DNA from: a virus
Lineage: Duplodnaviria > Caudoviricetes
Length of the DNA: 38,151 nucleotides
Direction: 5' to 3' (one strand)
IMG/VR virus record: IMGVR_UViG_3300029290_000006
Coordinates: 1-38,151 of that record
Shown: positions 9,864 through 19,328 of the stretch, one piece after another
Layout of the letters: the number at the start of each line of letters is the position of its first letter
Position numbering within the stretch: the first letter of the stretch is position 1
Program-made: the position numbers and the translations under genes
The notes under the pieces: model-generated
Told to the model about the DNA's origin: nothing
The model's input: the letters and a program-made list of their open reading frames with translations, nothing else
Database searches by the model: none

Positions 9864-10259
9864 ATGGCTGAACCCATCTCCACCGGCTCCACCGCCACCC
9901 TCGCCGTCACGGGCGTGGGCGCGCTGTCATTGCTGCCAGGCGTCGACCCCGGCACCGTGCTGGGCGCCTTCGCCGGCGCCGCCGTGTTCGTACTGAACAG
10001 CGGCGAGCTTGGCACTGTCAAGAAGCTTGGCTTCCTCGCCGCGTCCATCGTCGCCGGCCTGCTGTCCGCGCCGCTGGCTGCCGCGCTTATCGCCAAGGCC
10101 CTGCCCACCAATACCGAAGTCAGCCACGCCGTGGGCGCGCTGGTCGCTTCCACCGTCGTGGTCAAGCTGCTCCTGGCCCTCATCCGCCTGGCAGACAACA
10201 GCGACCGCCTGTTCGCCTCGCTCAAGGGCGGCGCAGACAAGGGAGGCAAGCAACCATGA
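9864..10259 (+). CDS. putative holin/antiholin (multi-TM membrane protein)
   Basis: AAGGA RBS; MAEP start, GAFAGAAVFV; several hydrophobic segments; first gene of lysis block. Confidence 0.75.
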   Translation: MAEPISTGSTATLAVTGVGALSLLPGVDPGTVLGAFAGAAVFVLNSGELGTVKKLGFLAASIVAGLLSAPLAAALIAKALPTNTEVSHAVGALVASTVVVKLLLALIRLADNSDRLFASLKGGADKGGKQP

Positions 10260-10567
10260 AAACGCTCTTCATCGTGCAGGCCGCGTTGTGCGCGCTCATC
10301 GCGCTGCGCCTGCTGCTCTTCAAGCGCGACGGCGCCGCCCACCGCCCGTGGGCATCCCGCCTGGCGTACGGCCTGGTCGTGCTCGCCGGCGCCGTCACCA
10401 TCAGCGTGCTCTTCGGTCGGTATGACTGGGCGCTCGCCGCACAGAACGGCATCACCGCCGTGCTCTGCATCGCCGTCTACGCCGTGCGCGGCAACGTGGT
10501 TGAGCTGTTCCGCATGGGCGGTGCGCGTCAGGGGTGGTTTGTTCGCATCCTGCGGAGGTCCGCATGA
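10256..10567 (+). CDS. phage holin family protein
   Basis: Three TM segments, HRPW and RGNV motifs, basic C-terminus, directly upstream of endolysin. Confidence 0.8.
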   Translation: MKTLFIVQAALCALIALRLLLFKRDGAAHRPWASRLAYGLVVLAGAVTISVLFGRYDWALAAQNGITAVLCIAVYAVRGNVVELFRMGGARQGWFVRILRRSA

Positions 10568-11370
10568 CGATCCTGCGAGAAGGCATGGTCGGCGCCGCCG
10601 TGCTGGAGCTGCAGCGGCTGCTCACCGCCAACGGCTTCACGGCCCCGGACACCGCCGTCTACTGCGCAGACACCGCCGCCGCCGTGCGCGTGGCACAGAT
10701 CCGTTTCGGCCTGGTCGTCGATGGCATTGCCGGCCCCAAGACCGCGGCAGCGCTGCAGTCCGGCGCGCGCGACATCCGCCACCTGTCGGCCGCCGACCTG
10801 CAGGCCGCCGCTGAAACGCTCGACGTGCCTCTGGCCGCCATCCGCGCCGTCAACGAGGTCGAAAGCCTTGGCAACGGCTTCCTGCCCGACGGCCGCCCCG
10901 TCATCCTGTTCGAGCGGCACATCATGCATCGTCAGCTTGCACGGGCCGGCAAAGACGCCGACACCCTGGCCCGCCAGTTCCCCAACCTGGTGAACACCAA
11001 GCGCGGCGGCTACGTCGGCAATGCCGGCGAACACATGCGCCTAGCGCGCGCCGTCCAGATCGACGAAGACTGTGCCCTCGCCTCGGCCAGTTGGGGCGCC
11101 TTCCAGATCATGGGGTTTCACTGGAACCTGCTCGACTACCCCAGCGTGCAACACTTCGTCGCCTCCATGCGCACCAGCGAAGCCGCGCAGCTCGATGCCT
11201 TCGTGCGCTTCGTCAAAGCCGACCCCACGCTGCTCAAGGCGCTGCGCGCCCGCAAATGGCCCACCTTCGCCCGGCTGTACAACGGCCCCGCCTACGAAGC
11301 CAACTTCTACGACGTCAAGCTCGCCCGCGCGTTTGACCGCTACCAGGCCGAAGAAGAGGTCGCGGCATGA
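10564..11370 (+). CDS. endolysin: peptidoglycan-binding domain + N-acetylmuramidase (DUF3380-type)
   Basis: GLVVDGIAGPKT PG-binding motif; EVES.G.GF, ILFERH, SASWGAFQIMGF, FARLYNGPAY. Confidence 0.93.
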   Translation: MTILREGMVGAAVLELQRLLTANGFTAPDTAVYCADTAAAVRVAQIRFGLVVDGIAGPKTAAALQSGARDIRHLSAADLQAAAETLDVPLAAIRAVNEVESLGNGFLPDGRPVILFERHIMHRQLARAGKDADTLARQFPNLVNTKRGGYVGNAGEHMRLARAVQIDEDCALASASWGAFQIMGFHWNLLDYPSVQHFVASMRTSEAAQLDAFVRFVKADPTLLKALRARKWPTFARLYNGPAYEANFYDVKLARAFDRYQAEEEVAA

Positions 11371-11867
11371 AGCGCGCTGCCGCCATCCTCTCGCTGCTCG
11401 CCATCGCCGCAGGCCTCGCCTGGTGGGCCACCACCCGCTACAACGCCGCAGTTCAGCGCGCCGACCAGGCCGAGACCACCGCAGCCACCCTGCGCAAGCA
11501 GCTCGACAACGCCCAGAGCGCCACCGTCACCGTCACGCAATACGTCGATCGCGAGCGCGTCATCCGCCTCAAGGGCGACACCATCATCAAGGAAGTCCCT
11601 CGCTATGTCCCCGTCCAAGCTGACGCTGCCTGCGTTGTCCCTCGCGGCTTTGTGCGCCTGCACGACGCCGCAGCCGCTGGCTCCGTGCCAAATCCAGATA
11701 CCGCAGATGCTGATGCGGGCCCCTCAGACGTTGCGCTCTCTGCCGTCGCCGGCACCGTCGCAGCCAACTACACCGACTGCCACGTCGACGCCGCGCGGCT
11801 GACCAGCCTGCAGCAGACGCTACGCGATCAGGGCGTGACGATCATTGGGGAGCCCGCCGCGCCATGA
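11367..11867 (+). CDS. inner-membrane spanin (Rz/LysB-like)
   Basis: N-terminal TM anchor, coiled coil, GFVRLHDAAA, periplasmic Cys residues. Confidence 0.85.
   Translation: MKRAAAILSLLAIAAGLAWWATTRYNAAVQRADQAETTAATLRKQLDNAQSATVTVTQYVDRERVIRLKGDTIIKEVPRYVPVQADAACVVPRGFVRLHDAAAAGSVPNPDTADADAGPSDVALSAVAGTVAANYTDCHVDAARLTSLQQTLRDQGVTIIGEPAAP
11605..11802 (+). CDS. outer-membrane spanin lipoprotein (Rz1/LysC-like), embedded in i-spanin gene
   Basis: AAGGAAG upstream, signal peptide with lipobox-like AALCAC, Pro-rich mature part, alternative frame within Rz-like gene. Confidence 0.75.
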   Translation: MSPSKLTLPALSLAALCACTTPQPLAPCQIQIPQMLMRAPQTLRSLPSPAPSQPTTPTATSTPRG

Positions 11868-12298
11868 TGAAGCCCAACAGCCTGCGCGAAGCCCTGACGG
11901 CCGCCGTGCCCTACCTGGCCGCGCACCCCGATGCACTGCATGTGTTTGTCGATGAAGGAAACGTGGTGGGCACCGGCGCCCGGACACTCGGCTTCGAATA
12001 CCGGTACACGCTGACGTTGATCGTGACCGACTACCCGAACAGCTCCGACACCATCGTCGTGCCCGTCCTGGCCTGGCTGCGCACCAACCAGCCCGACGCC
12101 TTCACCAACCCAGACAAGCGGGAGGACGCCTTCAAGTTCGAGGCCGAAATCCTGAACCACACCACGGCCGATATCTCAATCAAGCTGAAGCTGACCGAGC
12201 GGGTGACAGTGAAGGTGGACGGCAAGGGCTACCAGGTGGAACACCACCCAGAGCCCATCAACGAATACGACGACCCTGCGACGTGGAGGCCTGCGTGA
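11864..12298 (+). CDS. R: tail completion protein (P2 gpR)
   Basis: MKPNSLR, FEYRYTL, PVLAWLRTNQPD, LTERV. Confidence 0.93.
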   Translation: MMKPNSLREALTAAVPYLAAHPDALHVFVDEGNVVGTGARTLGFEYRYTLTLIVTDYPNSSDTIVVPVLAWLRTNQPDAFTNPDKREDAFKFEAEILNHTTADISIKLKLTERVTVKVDGKGYQVEHHPEPINEYDDPATWRPA

Positions 12299-12741
12299 GC
12301 GATCTGCATGAACTTGACGCCTACCTGGTCGGCCTGCTGGCGAAATTGGATGCACCGCAACGCCGGGTGCTGGCCCGCGCCATTGCAGTGGAACTGCGCC
12401 GCCGGCAGTCGGCCCGCATTGCCGAGCAGCGCAACCCGGATGGCACCGCCTACGAGCCGCGCAAGCCGCAGCTACGCCACAAGCGCGGCGGAATCCGGCG
12501 TTCCATGTTCACGCGGCTGCGGATGGCGAAGTACATGCGCATTGAGGCGAGCCCGAACGCGGCGGTCATTTCGTTCGCGGGCAAGGTGCGGCGCATTGCG
12601 TCGGTGCATCACTTTGGGCTGCGGGATCGGGTCAACAAGAATGGGCTGACAGCCAAGTACCCGGCCCGCGAACTCCTAGGCTTCCATGATGCAGACGTCG
12701 GCTGCATTACCTCTTTGGTCTTGCAGCACCTGTATCTCTAG
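12295..12741 (+). CDS. S: virion morphogenesis/tail completion protein (P2 gpS)
   Basis: GTG start after GGAGG; QRNPDGTAYEPRK, IASVHHFG, YPARELLGF. Confidence 0.93.
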   Translation: MSDLHELDAYLVGLLAKLDAPQRRVLARAIAVELRRRQSARIAEQRNPDGTAYEPRKPQLRHKRGGIRRSMFTRLRMAKYMRIEASPNAAVISFAGKVRRIASVHHFGLRDRVNKNGLTAKYPARELLGFHDADVGCITSLVLQHLYL

Positions 12742-12870
12742 GCAAGCCGACGCACGCTTCGAGTGGCAAACGTCTTCGTTCAGGCTCGATCGCTGCAATG
12801 CCTCCAGCCCTACGACACCATGGAGCGTCGAATTCGGCTCGATTTCAAGCGCTAAAAAAGAGTCGATGGT

Positions 12871-13260
12871 TCAAGGCGGAGGCATCAAGAATGGTGGGGT
12901 AAAAATCCGAATGGGTACTACCGCACGGATATCGCAATCTGATACTTCGCTGTCCGCGCAAGTCGCAAAATCGACGGTCAACGTCGTCCACTCCGTGAGC
13001 CGAACGCAAGTCGCAGCGCGTTCAGAGGCCGTCTGCGATTGATATGCTTGGATCATCGTTGCAGTCACGAAAAACGACAACGAGTTGACTCGTTCCGCAC
13101 CCCGTCCCATTGGCATGATCCACCATGCATGCACATCGAGGGCATGCAAGCAATCTTCGTGAGTTCTTAGGAGCGCTGCATTGGGGAGCGCATCTAAAAT
13201 TGCCCGCTCAAGCTCGCCCAGGCGCATGCCGTGGCTCCCATCAAGGTCTTGCTCAGGCAT
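12871..13260 (-). CDS. hypothetical moron protein, DUF3022-like
   Basis: ELERAILDALP...W...LSF...IQAY...ERA pattern recalls Burkholderiaceae DUF3022 proteins; start could be internal Met. Confidence 0.5.
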   Translation of the reverse strand: MPEQDLDGSHGMRLGELERAILDALPNAALLRTHEDCLHALDVHAWWIMPMGRGAERVNSLSFFVTATMIQAYQSQTASERAATCVRLTEWTTLTVDFATCADSEVSDCDIRAVVPIRIFTPPFLMPPP

Positions 13261-13749
13261 GACATACCCCGGTTCGCGTCAACGTAGAGGCCGTTAACCC
13301 GTTGCAATTGCTGTGTGGCGGCTGCCGCGACGAGCACCCCAATCGACTGGGACTGAGCTGTTCCCGGAGAAAACTCCGCTAGCGGACCCATGATGGCCAT
13401 CCAAAGCGGCCACCATTTGGTGCTTCAATGGTTCAACTTCCGGACGCCCTGCGTTGTGTCCGATTCCACGCGTCACCGCAAAAGGGCGCCAGTGCTTACG
13501 CTAGAGGAGTATTGAGCATCTTCACCCTACACCACTTTGGTCTGCGCCGTAGGAAAAAGAGAAAATTTACCGACCGTTATGTTGCCCCGGCATGCGTCGG
13601 ACAAGCAGCTTTACTGCGGGACGCTGATCATCGCCAGTGCCATGAGTGTTTATGGCTGCCGCCCAGCGGTGCGATTATTGCTTCATCTGTAGACGCTCAT
13701 GCACTCAAAAGCACCAAGCTGCAGCGCTGGGCCCAGCAAAGGGAGCAAA

Positions 13750-13974
13750 ATGCAGGAATCGATACACGAGGTCTATCGCGGCTTCGGCATCCTGCTCGCG
13801 CTGACGGGAGAAGACGACTCGTTCAAGGTTAGCGTCGACATCACTTCCGTCGGCCCCATTTACTCCGGGCTTGCCGCGTGGACGGAGGTAAGAAGATGCC
13901 CGATGCAGGAGGCGGTACTGGTTACCCTTTCCCTCGCGAAATCAGTCGTGGATCGCTCTTACCAACCGCACTGA
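13750..13974 (+). CDS. small hypothetical protein (YRGF-I motif), 74 aa
   Basis: GGGAG RBS; MQESIHEVYRGFGILL... Confidence 0.65.
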   Translation: MQESIHEVYRGFGILLALTGEDDSFKVSVDITSVGPIYSGLAAWTEVRRCPMQEAVLVTLSLAKSVVDRSYQPH

Positions 13975-14363
13975 GATGTCACGGAAGTCACTGGAACTGC
14001 GCGCGAGACCGGTGGCGCCTCTGAATGCTTCGTCGACGGCCGGTAAGAAGGGCCGCCAAGGCGGGGCAGAGCATGCTTTTATGAATTGCACGGCTTGTGT
14101 AAAGCGAGCGTGCTATACGCGCATGCAGCCGCGTGCTAGGTCGGCCACAATCCACCCAAAATCGATAGTAAGCACAGCGCACTCGCTCTGCTTCGTCGCC
14201 AACGAGTAGAGAGCGCCCACTTCCGTACTCGCCTTGCACCAATGCGCGCAGTGTTTCGACCGCCCAAATGCTCAACCTGTCACTCATGAGCGAGCCTCCT
14301 TCTCTATCGCGGGAGTGGGAATAGATTATGCGAAGAGATGACCGGCTTCCACCCCGACCATAC

Positions 14364-14386
14364 GTTGTAGCTGCGCCCCCCACAAC
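14364..14386 (+). promoter_or_regulatory. Ogr-type late promoter site upstream of V (GTTGT-N13-ACAAC)
   Basis: Same motif as at 6381 and 19227. Confidence 0.75.
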
Positions 14387-14430
14387 ACCCCTCGCGTGAC
14401 CCCCACGCGCGCGCACGGCACTCTGCAGGC

Positions 14431-15048
14431 ATGGACCTCGCAGAACTCGCCCGCCTCATTGAAAACCTGATCCGCATCGGCACCGTGGCCGACGTGCGCC
14501 ACGGCAACCCACCGGTCGTGCGCGTGCGCACCGGGGGCATCACCACCACCTGGCGCCCGTGGTGCGAACGCCGAGCCGGCACCACCCGCACCTGGAGCCC
14601 ACCCACCAAGGGCGAGCAGGTCGTGCTGCTCTGCCCCAGCGGCGACCCGTCCAACGGCATCATCCTGAGCGCCATCCCATCGGCCGCCAACGACGTACCG
14701 AGCCATTCGCCCAATGAAACCGTCACGCTCTACCCGGACGGCGCCCTTACCAAGTACGACCACGCCGCAGGCCTGCTCACCGTCCAGGGCGTTAAAACCG
14801 TCTTCCTGGAAGCCGCCAACAGCGTGCTGGTGAAGTGCCCGGACACCACCTTCGACGGCGCAGTCACGGTTAAGGGCCTGCTGTCCTTCATGAACGGCAT
14901 AGCCGGCCAGGGCGGCGACAACGGCAACGTCATCACCGGCGACCTGACGCACCGAGATGGCAAGCTGTCTTCCAATGGCGTCGTGCTCGACGACCACGGC
15001 CATGGCGGTATCGAGCAAGGCGGAAGCTGGACGGACGGCACGCGATGA
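14431..15048 (+). CDS. V: baseplate assembly/spike protein (P2 gpV)
   Basis: NLIRIGTV, WSPPTKGEQV, YPDGA..YDH, C-terminal H-x-H iron-binding motif (DHGH). Confidence 0.95.
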   Translation: MDLAELARLIENLIRIGTVADVRHGNPPVVRVRTGGITTTWRPWCERRAGTTRTWSPPTKGEQVVLLCPSGDPSNGIILSAIPSAANDVPSHSPNETVTLYPDGALTKYDHAAGLLTVQGVKTVFLEAANSVLVKCPDTTFDGAVTVKGLLSFMNGIAGQGGDNGNVITGDLTHRDGKLSSNGVVLDDHGHGGIEQGGSWTDGTR

Positions 15049-15395
15049 CCGGCATGAACAACACCACCGGCCGCGCCGTGGGAGACGTCGCCCACATCCG
15101 CCAATCCGTGCGCGACATCCTCACCACGCCCATCGGCTCCCGCCTCATGCGCCGTGATTACGGCTCGCTCATTCCCGAGCTGATCGACCAGCCCGCGAAC
15201 CCGGCCACGCGCCTACGCCTGATGTCCGCATCGGTCTCTGCCCTCGTGCGGTGGGAGCCGCGCATCCGCATCGCTTCGGTTCGCTTCTCGGTGGGCGCCG
15301 ACGGCAGCGCAGCGCTCGACATCGAGGCAGACCGCGTCGACGGCCCGCGCGGCGAGGCGCTTGGCACCCTGAGCGTGCCACTGCGGAGCGTGTGA
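15045..15395 (+). CDS. W: baseplate wedge protein (P2 gpW, gp25-like)
   Basis: HIRQSVRDILTTPIGSRLMRRDYGS, WEPRI. Confidence 0.95.
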   Translation: MTGMNNTTGRAVGDVAHIRQSVRDILTTPIGSRLMRRDYGSLIPELIDQPANPATRLRLMSASVSALVRWEPRIRIASVRFSVGADGSAALDIEADRVDGPRGEALGTLSVPLRSV

Positions 15396-15397
15396 AC

Positions 15398-16303
15398 ATG
15401 GCCAGCCTGATCGACCTCTCGCAGCTCCCACCGCCCGAAGTGGTGGAAAGCCTGGATTTCGAGACCCTGTTTGCCGGGCGCAAGGCGCGGCTCATCGAGC
15501 TGCACCCGCCTGAACAGCGTGAAGCGGTTGCGGGTGTGCTGCAGCTCGAATCCGAACCGCTGACCAAGGCCCTGCAGGAAAACGCCTACCGCGAGCTGGT
15601 CCTGCGCCAGCGCATCAATGAAGCTGCGCAGGCCGTGATGCTTGCCTACGCCAAGGGCAACGACCTGGAACAGGTCGCCGCCCTCTTCCAATTGCAGCGC
15701 CTGGTCGTCAAGCCAGCCGACCACGACACAGGCACCCCGGCCGTAATGGAGGAGGACGCCGACCTGCGCATGCGCGTCCAGCTCGCGCCGCAGTCGTTCT
15801 CCGTGGCGGGGCCGGAAGGCGCCTACCGTTCGCACGCGCTCAACTCAGACGGTCGCGTGCTCGACGCCTCGGCCACCAGTCCGCGCCCCTGCGAAGTGCT
15901 GGTGACAGTGCTCTCGCGCGAAGGCGACGGCACCGCGCCGCCGGACCTTCTCGACCGTGTGGCCGCCAGCCTGCGCGCAGACGACGTGCGCCCACTCACC
16001 GACCTCGTCACTGTGCGCGGCGCAGAAATCCTGCGCTACCAGGTCGACGCCACCATTTACACCTTCCCCGGCCCGGATTCCGGCGTCGTGCTGCAGCTCG
16101 CACTCAAGCGCCTGGCTGCCTACGTCGAGGCCTGCCATCGCCTTGGCCGTGAAGTCACCCTCTCCGGCGTCTACGCAGCGTTGCACGTGGAAGGCGTGGA
16201 ACGCGTCGAGCTGCGGTCCCCCACGGCCAACATCACTGCCGATGCGACTCAGGCGCCGTACTGCACGGCGGCCGACATCAAGCACGGGGGCATCCGTGGC
16301 TAA
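15398..16303 (+). CDS. J: baseplate assembly protein J
   Basis: IDLSQLPPP, FSVAGPEGAY, VRPLTD. Confidence 0.95.
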   Translation: MASLIDLSQLPPPEVVESLDFETLFAGRKARLIELHPPEQREAVAGVLQLESEPLTKALQENAYRELVLRQRINEAAQAVMLAYAKGNDLEQVAALFQLQRLVVKPADHDTGTPAVMEEDADLRMRVQLAPQSFSVAGPEGAYRSHALNSDGRVLDASATSPRPCEVLVTVLSREGDGTAPPDLLDRVAASLRADDVRPLTDLVTVRGAEILRYQVDATIYTFPGPDSGVVLQLALKRLAAYVEACHRLGREVTLSGVYAALHVEGVERVELRSPTANITADATQAPYCTAADIKHGGIRG

Positions 16304-16838
16304 CCTCCTGCCGCCCAACGCCACCCCACTGGAACGCCGGCTCGCAGAAACCAACAGCACCATCAGCGGCCTGCCCGTACCGCTGCGCGCCCTCATCGAC
16401 CCGGACGCCATCCCCGCTCGCCTCCTGCCGTGGCTCGCCTGGCACCTCGGCATTGACACCTGGAAGGACTACTGGCCCGAGCAGATCAAGCGCGCGCGCG
16501 TAAAGGCAGCCATCCCCATCGCCCGCAAGAAAGGCACCGCTGCAGCCGTGCGGGCCGTGGTCGCCTCCTTCGGCGCCAACATCGCCGTGCGTGAGTGGTG
16601 GCAGATGGACCCGCCTGGGCCGCCGGGCACCTTCGACCTGGTCATGACCGTCAGCGCACGCGACGGCAACCCACCGACCGCGGAATTCATCGGCGACATC
16701 GTTGCCGAGATCGACCGCACCAAGCCCGTACGCGCGCACTACACCTTTACCCAAGGCTTCAACCAGTCCGGCGGCATCGGCGTCGCCGCCGCCATCCGCC
16801 CCGCGCTCTTCACCCGCCTTTCCCTTTCAGACGTCTGA
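16296..16838 (+). CDS. I: tail protein I
   Basis: GTG start; LLPPNATPLE, LLPWLAW, KKGT, REWW, KPVRAH. Confidence 0.93.
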   Translation: MANLLPPNATPLERRLAETNSTISGLPVPLRALIDPDAIPARLLPWLAWHLGIDTWKDYWPEQIKRARVKAAIPIARKKGTAAAVRAVVASFGANIAVREWWQMDPPGPPGTFDLVMTVSARDGNPPTAEFIGDIVAEIDRTKPVRAHYTFTQGFNQSGGIGVAAAIRPALFTRLSLSDV

Positions 16839-16839
16839 C

Positions 16840-18798
16840 ATGGCTGGAACCACCATCAACATTACCGACGCCGGCCGCGCCGCCCTGGTCAACGCAGACC
16901 ACACCGGCACCGCCGCCCGCAAGATCGTGCAGGCCGGCATCGCCACCGCGCCCTTCACGTTCAACGCGGGCCTGCAGGCGCTGCCCAACGAACTCAAACG
17001 CCTCACCACCATCTCCGGCGAGACCATCGCCGCCGACACGGTCCACGCCACCATCCGCGACGACAGCGCCGACCAGTACACCACCTACGGCTTCGGCCTG
17101 TACCTGGACAACGGCGTGCTGCTCGGCACCTACTGCCAGCCCACGCCCATCATGGAAAAGGCGCCCGTGGCCATCCTGCTGCTCGCCGTCGACATGGTCT
17201 TCAAGCAGCTCGACGTGACCGCCCTGTCGTTTGGCAACGCTGCCTTCACCAACCCGCCGGCCACAACCGAACGGCAAGGCGTCGTTGAGCTGGCAACCGC
17301 TGCGGAGACGGTAGAAGGCGCCGACGCGCAGCGCGCAGTGACGCCGGCAAGCCTGAACGCCCGCACAGGCACCGAAGACCGTACCGGCCTGGTGCAGCTC
17401 GCCACCGAGGCAGAAGTCGTGAGCGGAAAGGATGACGGCAAGGCTGTCACACCTCGGAAGCTGGCGCGGCAGTTGGCCAAGAAGGCCGACCTTGCCGGCT
17501 CCCCCAAATAGGTGTTTTCAGTGGCGCCGGCGATGGCAACCGAGCATGCCGTGCCACTCGGCCAGGCTGACGAGCGCTATGCAACACCCGCATCCGTCAA
17601 AGATGCAAAGGACACAGCCACCGATGCCCTGGCCGCCGCCAAGGCCGCGCTTCCGCGCACTGGCGGTGCCATGACCGGCATCATCGACATGACGGGGCCG
17701 TCCAACGAGCTGCGCTTCACCGACAACCAGCAGCCCATCACCTTGGGCCGCTTCCGCCTGGTATCGAGCGGGGGCATGCTCATCGTCGACCGCAACACGG
17801 CAGGCGACGGGGCCTTCTCAAAGTTCGTGCGCGTCTGCACCATCGACGGCAACGGCAACATGTCTACGCCTGCCGGCATCGTCGCCGATCTGTTCAAGAC
17901 GCGGGCCAACGTCAACCTGCCGGCTTATAACAACGACGGACGCGGCTTCCTTGAGTTCGGCGGCGACACCGTCATCTGGCGCCTGTTCATGTCCGGCCCC
18001 ACCGGCGACCTGGTCCTAAACAGCTACAACGGCGACGGCAGCAACAGGCACCAGCCCTTCTATATCGACTACGTGTCGGGCAGGCTTGTTTTTGCGACGC
18101 GCCCCTCCTTCAACGGCGCAACGCCATGGGATTCTGCCAACCTGCCCAATCCGCTCACGACAGACGGCGGCTGGCTGACGGCACAGCGCGGCTTCAATTT
18201 CGGCGTTGGCTACGGCAGATACGCGCTGCAGGTGTCCTCGAATGGCACGGACTCCATCGGCGGTGCCTTCGTTGAGTGGAACGCCAGCCGGACGCCCGCC
18301 CTGCAAGTCGATTGTCCCAGCAACCAAGCCGCCTACATGGGCATCCGGTGGACGGAGTGGGGCAAGCGACACCTGGGTGCCATTGACTGCTATGCGGGTG
18401 GTAACGGTCTCACGCCGCCATACATCTCGTTCCATGTTGGCACCAACACCAACGCATTCAGATTTGATGCCTATGGCGACGCCACCGTGACCCGGCACCT
18501 ATGGTTGGGCGGCGACGTGAACATGAGCACTGGCGGAAAGTTCACTCAGAACGGCAATGTCTACATGCAGTGGGCTGGAATGTGGCTGTCCGACTATCTC
18601 TTCAGCCTGAACAACGGCAAGGCCACCAAAGGCGCAACCGCCCAGGTGAACGCCGTGACCGAATTCAGCTACATCGACATCTCAAAGGGCGGAAACCAGA
18701 CGTTGGACTTGCCAGCCCCTTACGTCATGTGCGGCCTGCGAAACGTCGGCAACACCACCATCATCTACCTGCGCGGTACCTACCTCACCCAGCAATAA
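16840..18798 (+). CDS. H: tail fibre protein (P2 gpH-like) interrupted by in-frame TAG at 17509-17511 (nonsense mutation or readthrough)
   Basis: 16840-17511 encodes baseplate-binding part plus two fibre repeats (ATTERQGVVELAT / GTEDRTGLVQLAT); 17512-18798 continues in the same frame with GGAMTG, TPWDSANL fibre motifs. Confidence 0.85.
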
Positions 18799-18802
18799 CG
18801 CC

Positions 18803-19216
18803 ATGCTCACGCACGACGAACTCAGCTTCTGTATCTCGAAACAGTATCCGCACCTCACCCACGGCGTTCACTTCTGGGTCTGCCACACCGTCTCCCGCGA
18901 GACCGGCGCCCAGATTGAACCCGCACGCATCGCCGCTTGGCACGCCCCGGAGCCAGAGCCCACCGAAGAAGAACTGCAGGCGCTGGTGCGCAAACATGGC
19001 GACGCAGCGCGCACCCACATTGCAGCGCGCGACGCACGTATCGAGCGCGACCGGCGCCTGACAGAGGCTGACGCGCTGGTCTACAAGGCGATGGACGCGG
19101 GCGATACAGAAGGCATGCGCCTGGCCGGCCAATACCGCAAGGCGCTGCGCGACGTGACCTCGCTGCCCGGCTTCCCGCTCGACTTCACCTGGCCGAACCC
19201 GCCGGACGCCGCCTAA
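18803..19216 (+). CDS. tail fibre assembly chaperone
   Basis: Follows fibre gene; R..RDRRL, YRKALRDV, PGFP....WP..P C-terminal motifs. Confidence 0.88.
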   Translation: MLTHDELSFCISKQYPHLTHGVHFWVCHTVSRETGAQIEPARIAAWHAPEPEPTEEELQALVRKHGDAARTHIAARDARIERDRRLTEADALVYKAMDAGDTEGMRLAGQYRKALRDVTSLPGFPLDFTWPNPPDAA

Positions 19217-19226
19217 CGGCAGTCTT

Positions 19227-19249
19227 GTTGTAACCCCCTCCCCCACAAC
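19227..19249 (+). promoter_or_regulatory. Ogr-type late promoter site upstream of FI (GTTGT-N13-ACAAC)
   Basis: Same motif as at 6381 and 14364. Confidence 0.75.
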
Positions 19250-19328
19250 ACCCAGCGCGCGACACGCTCGCGCGCGCGCCGCATCCTTGCCGGGTCTGAT
19301 CCAACGTCGGCTCACCCCGGAGGAATGC

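Noticed and set aside
13988-14288. Minus-strand ORF MSDRLSIW... with AGGAGG-like upstream sequence
   Set aside because: No recognisable family and an Arg-rich, non-globular tail; could be real but not supportable
16840-19216. Tail-fibre diversification by invertase, shufflon or DGR
   Set aside because: No recombinase or reverse transcriptase gene, no second fibre tip, no template/variable repeat pair seen
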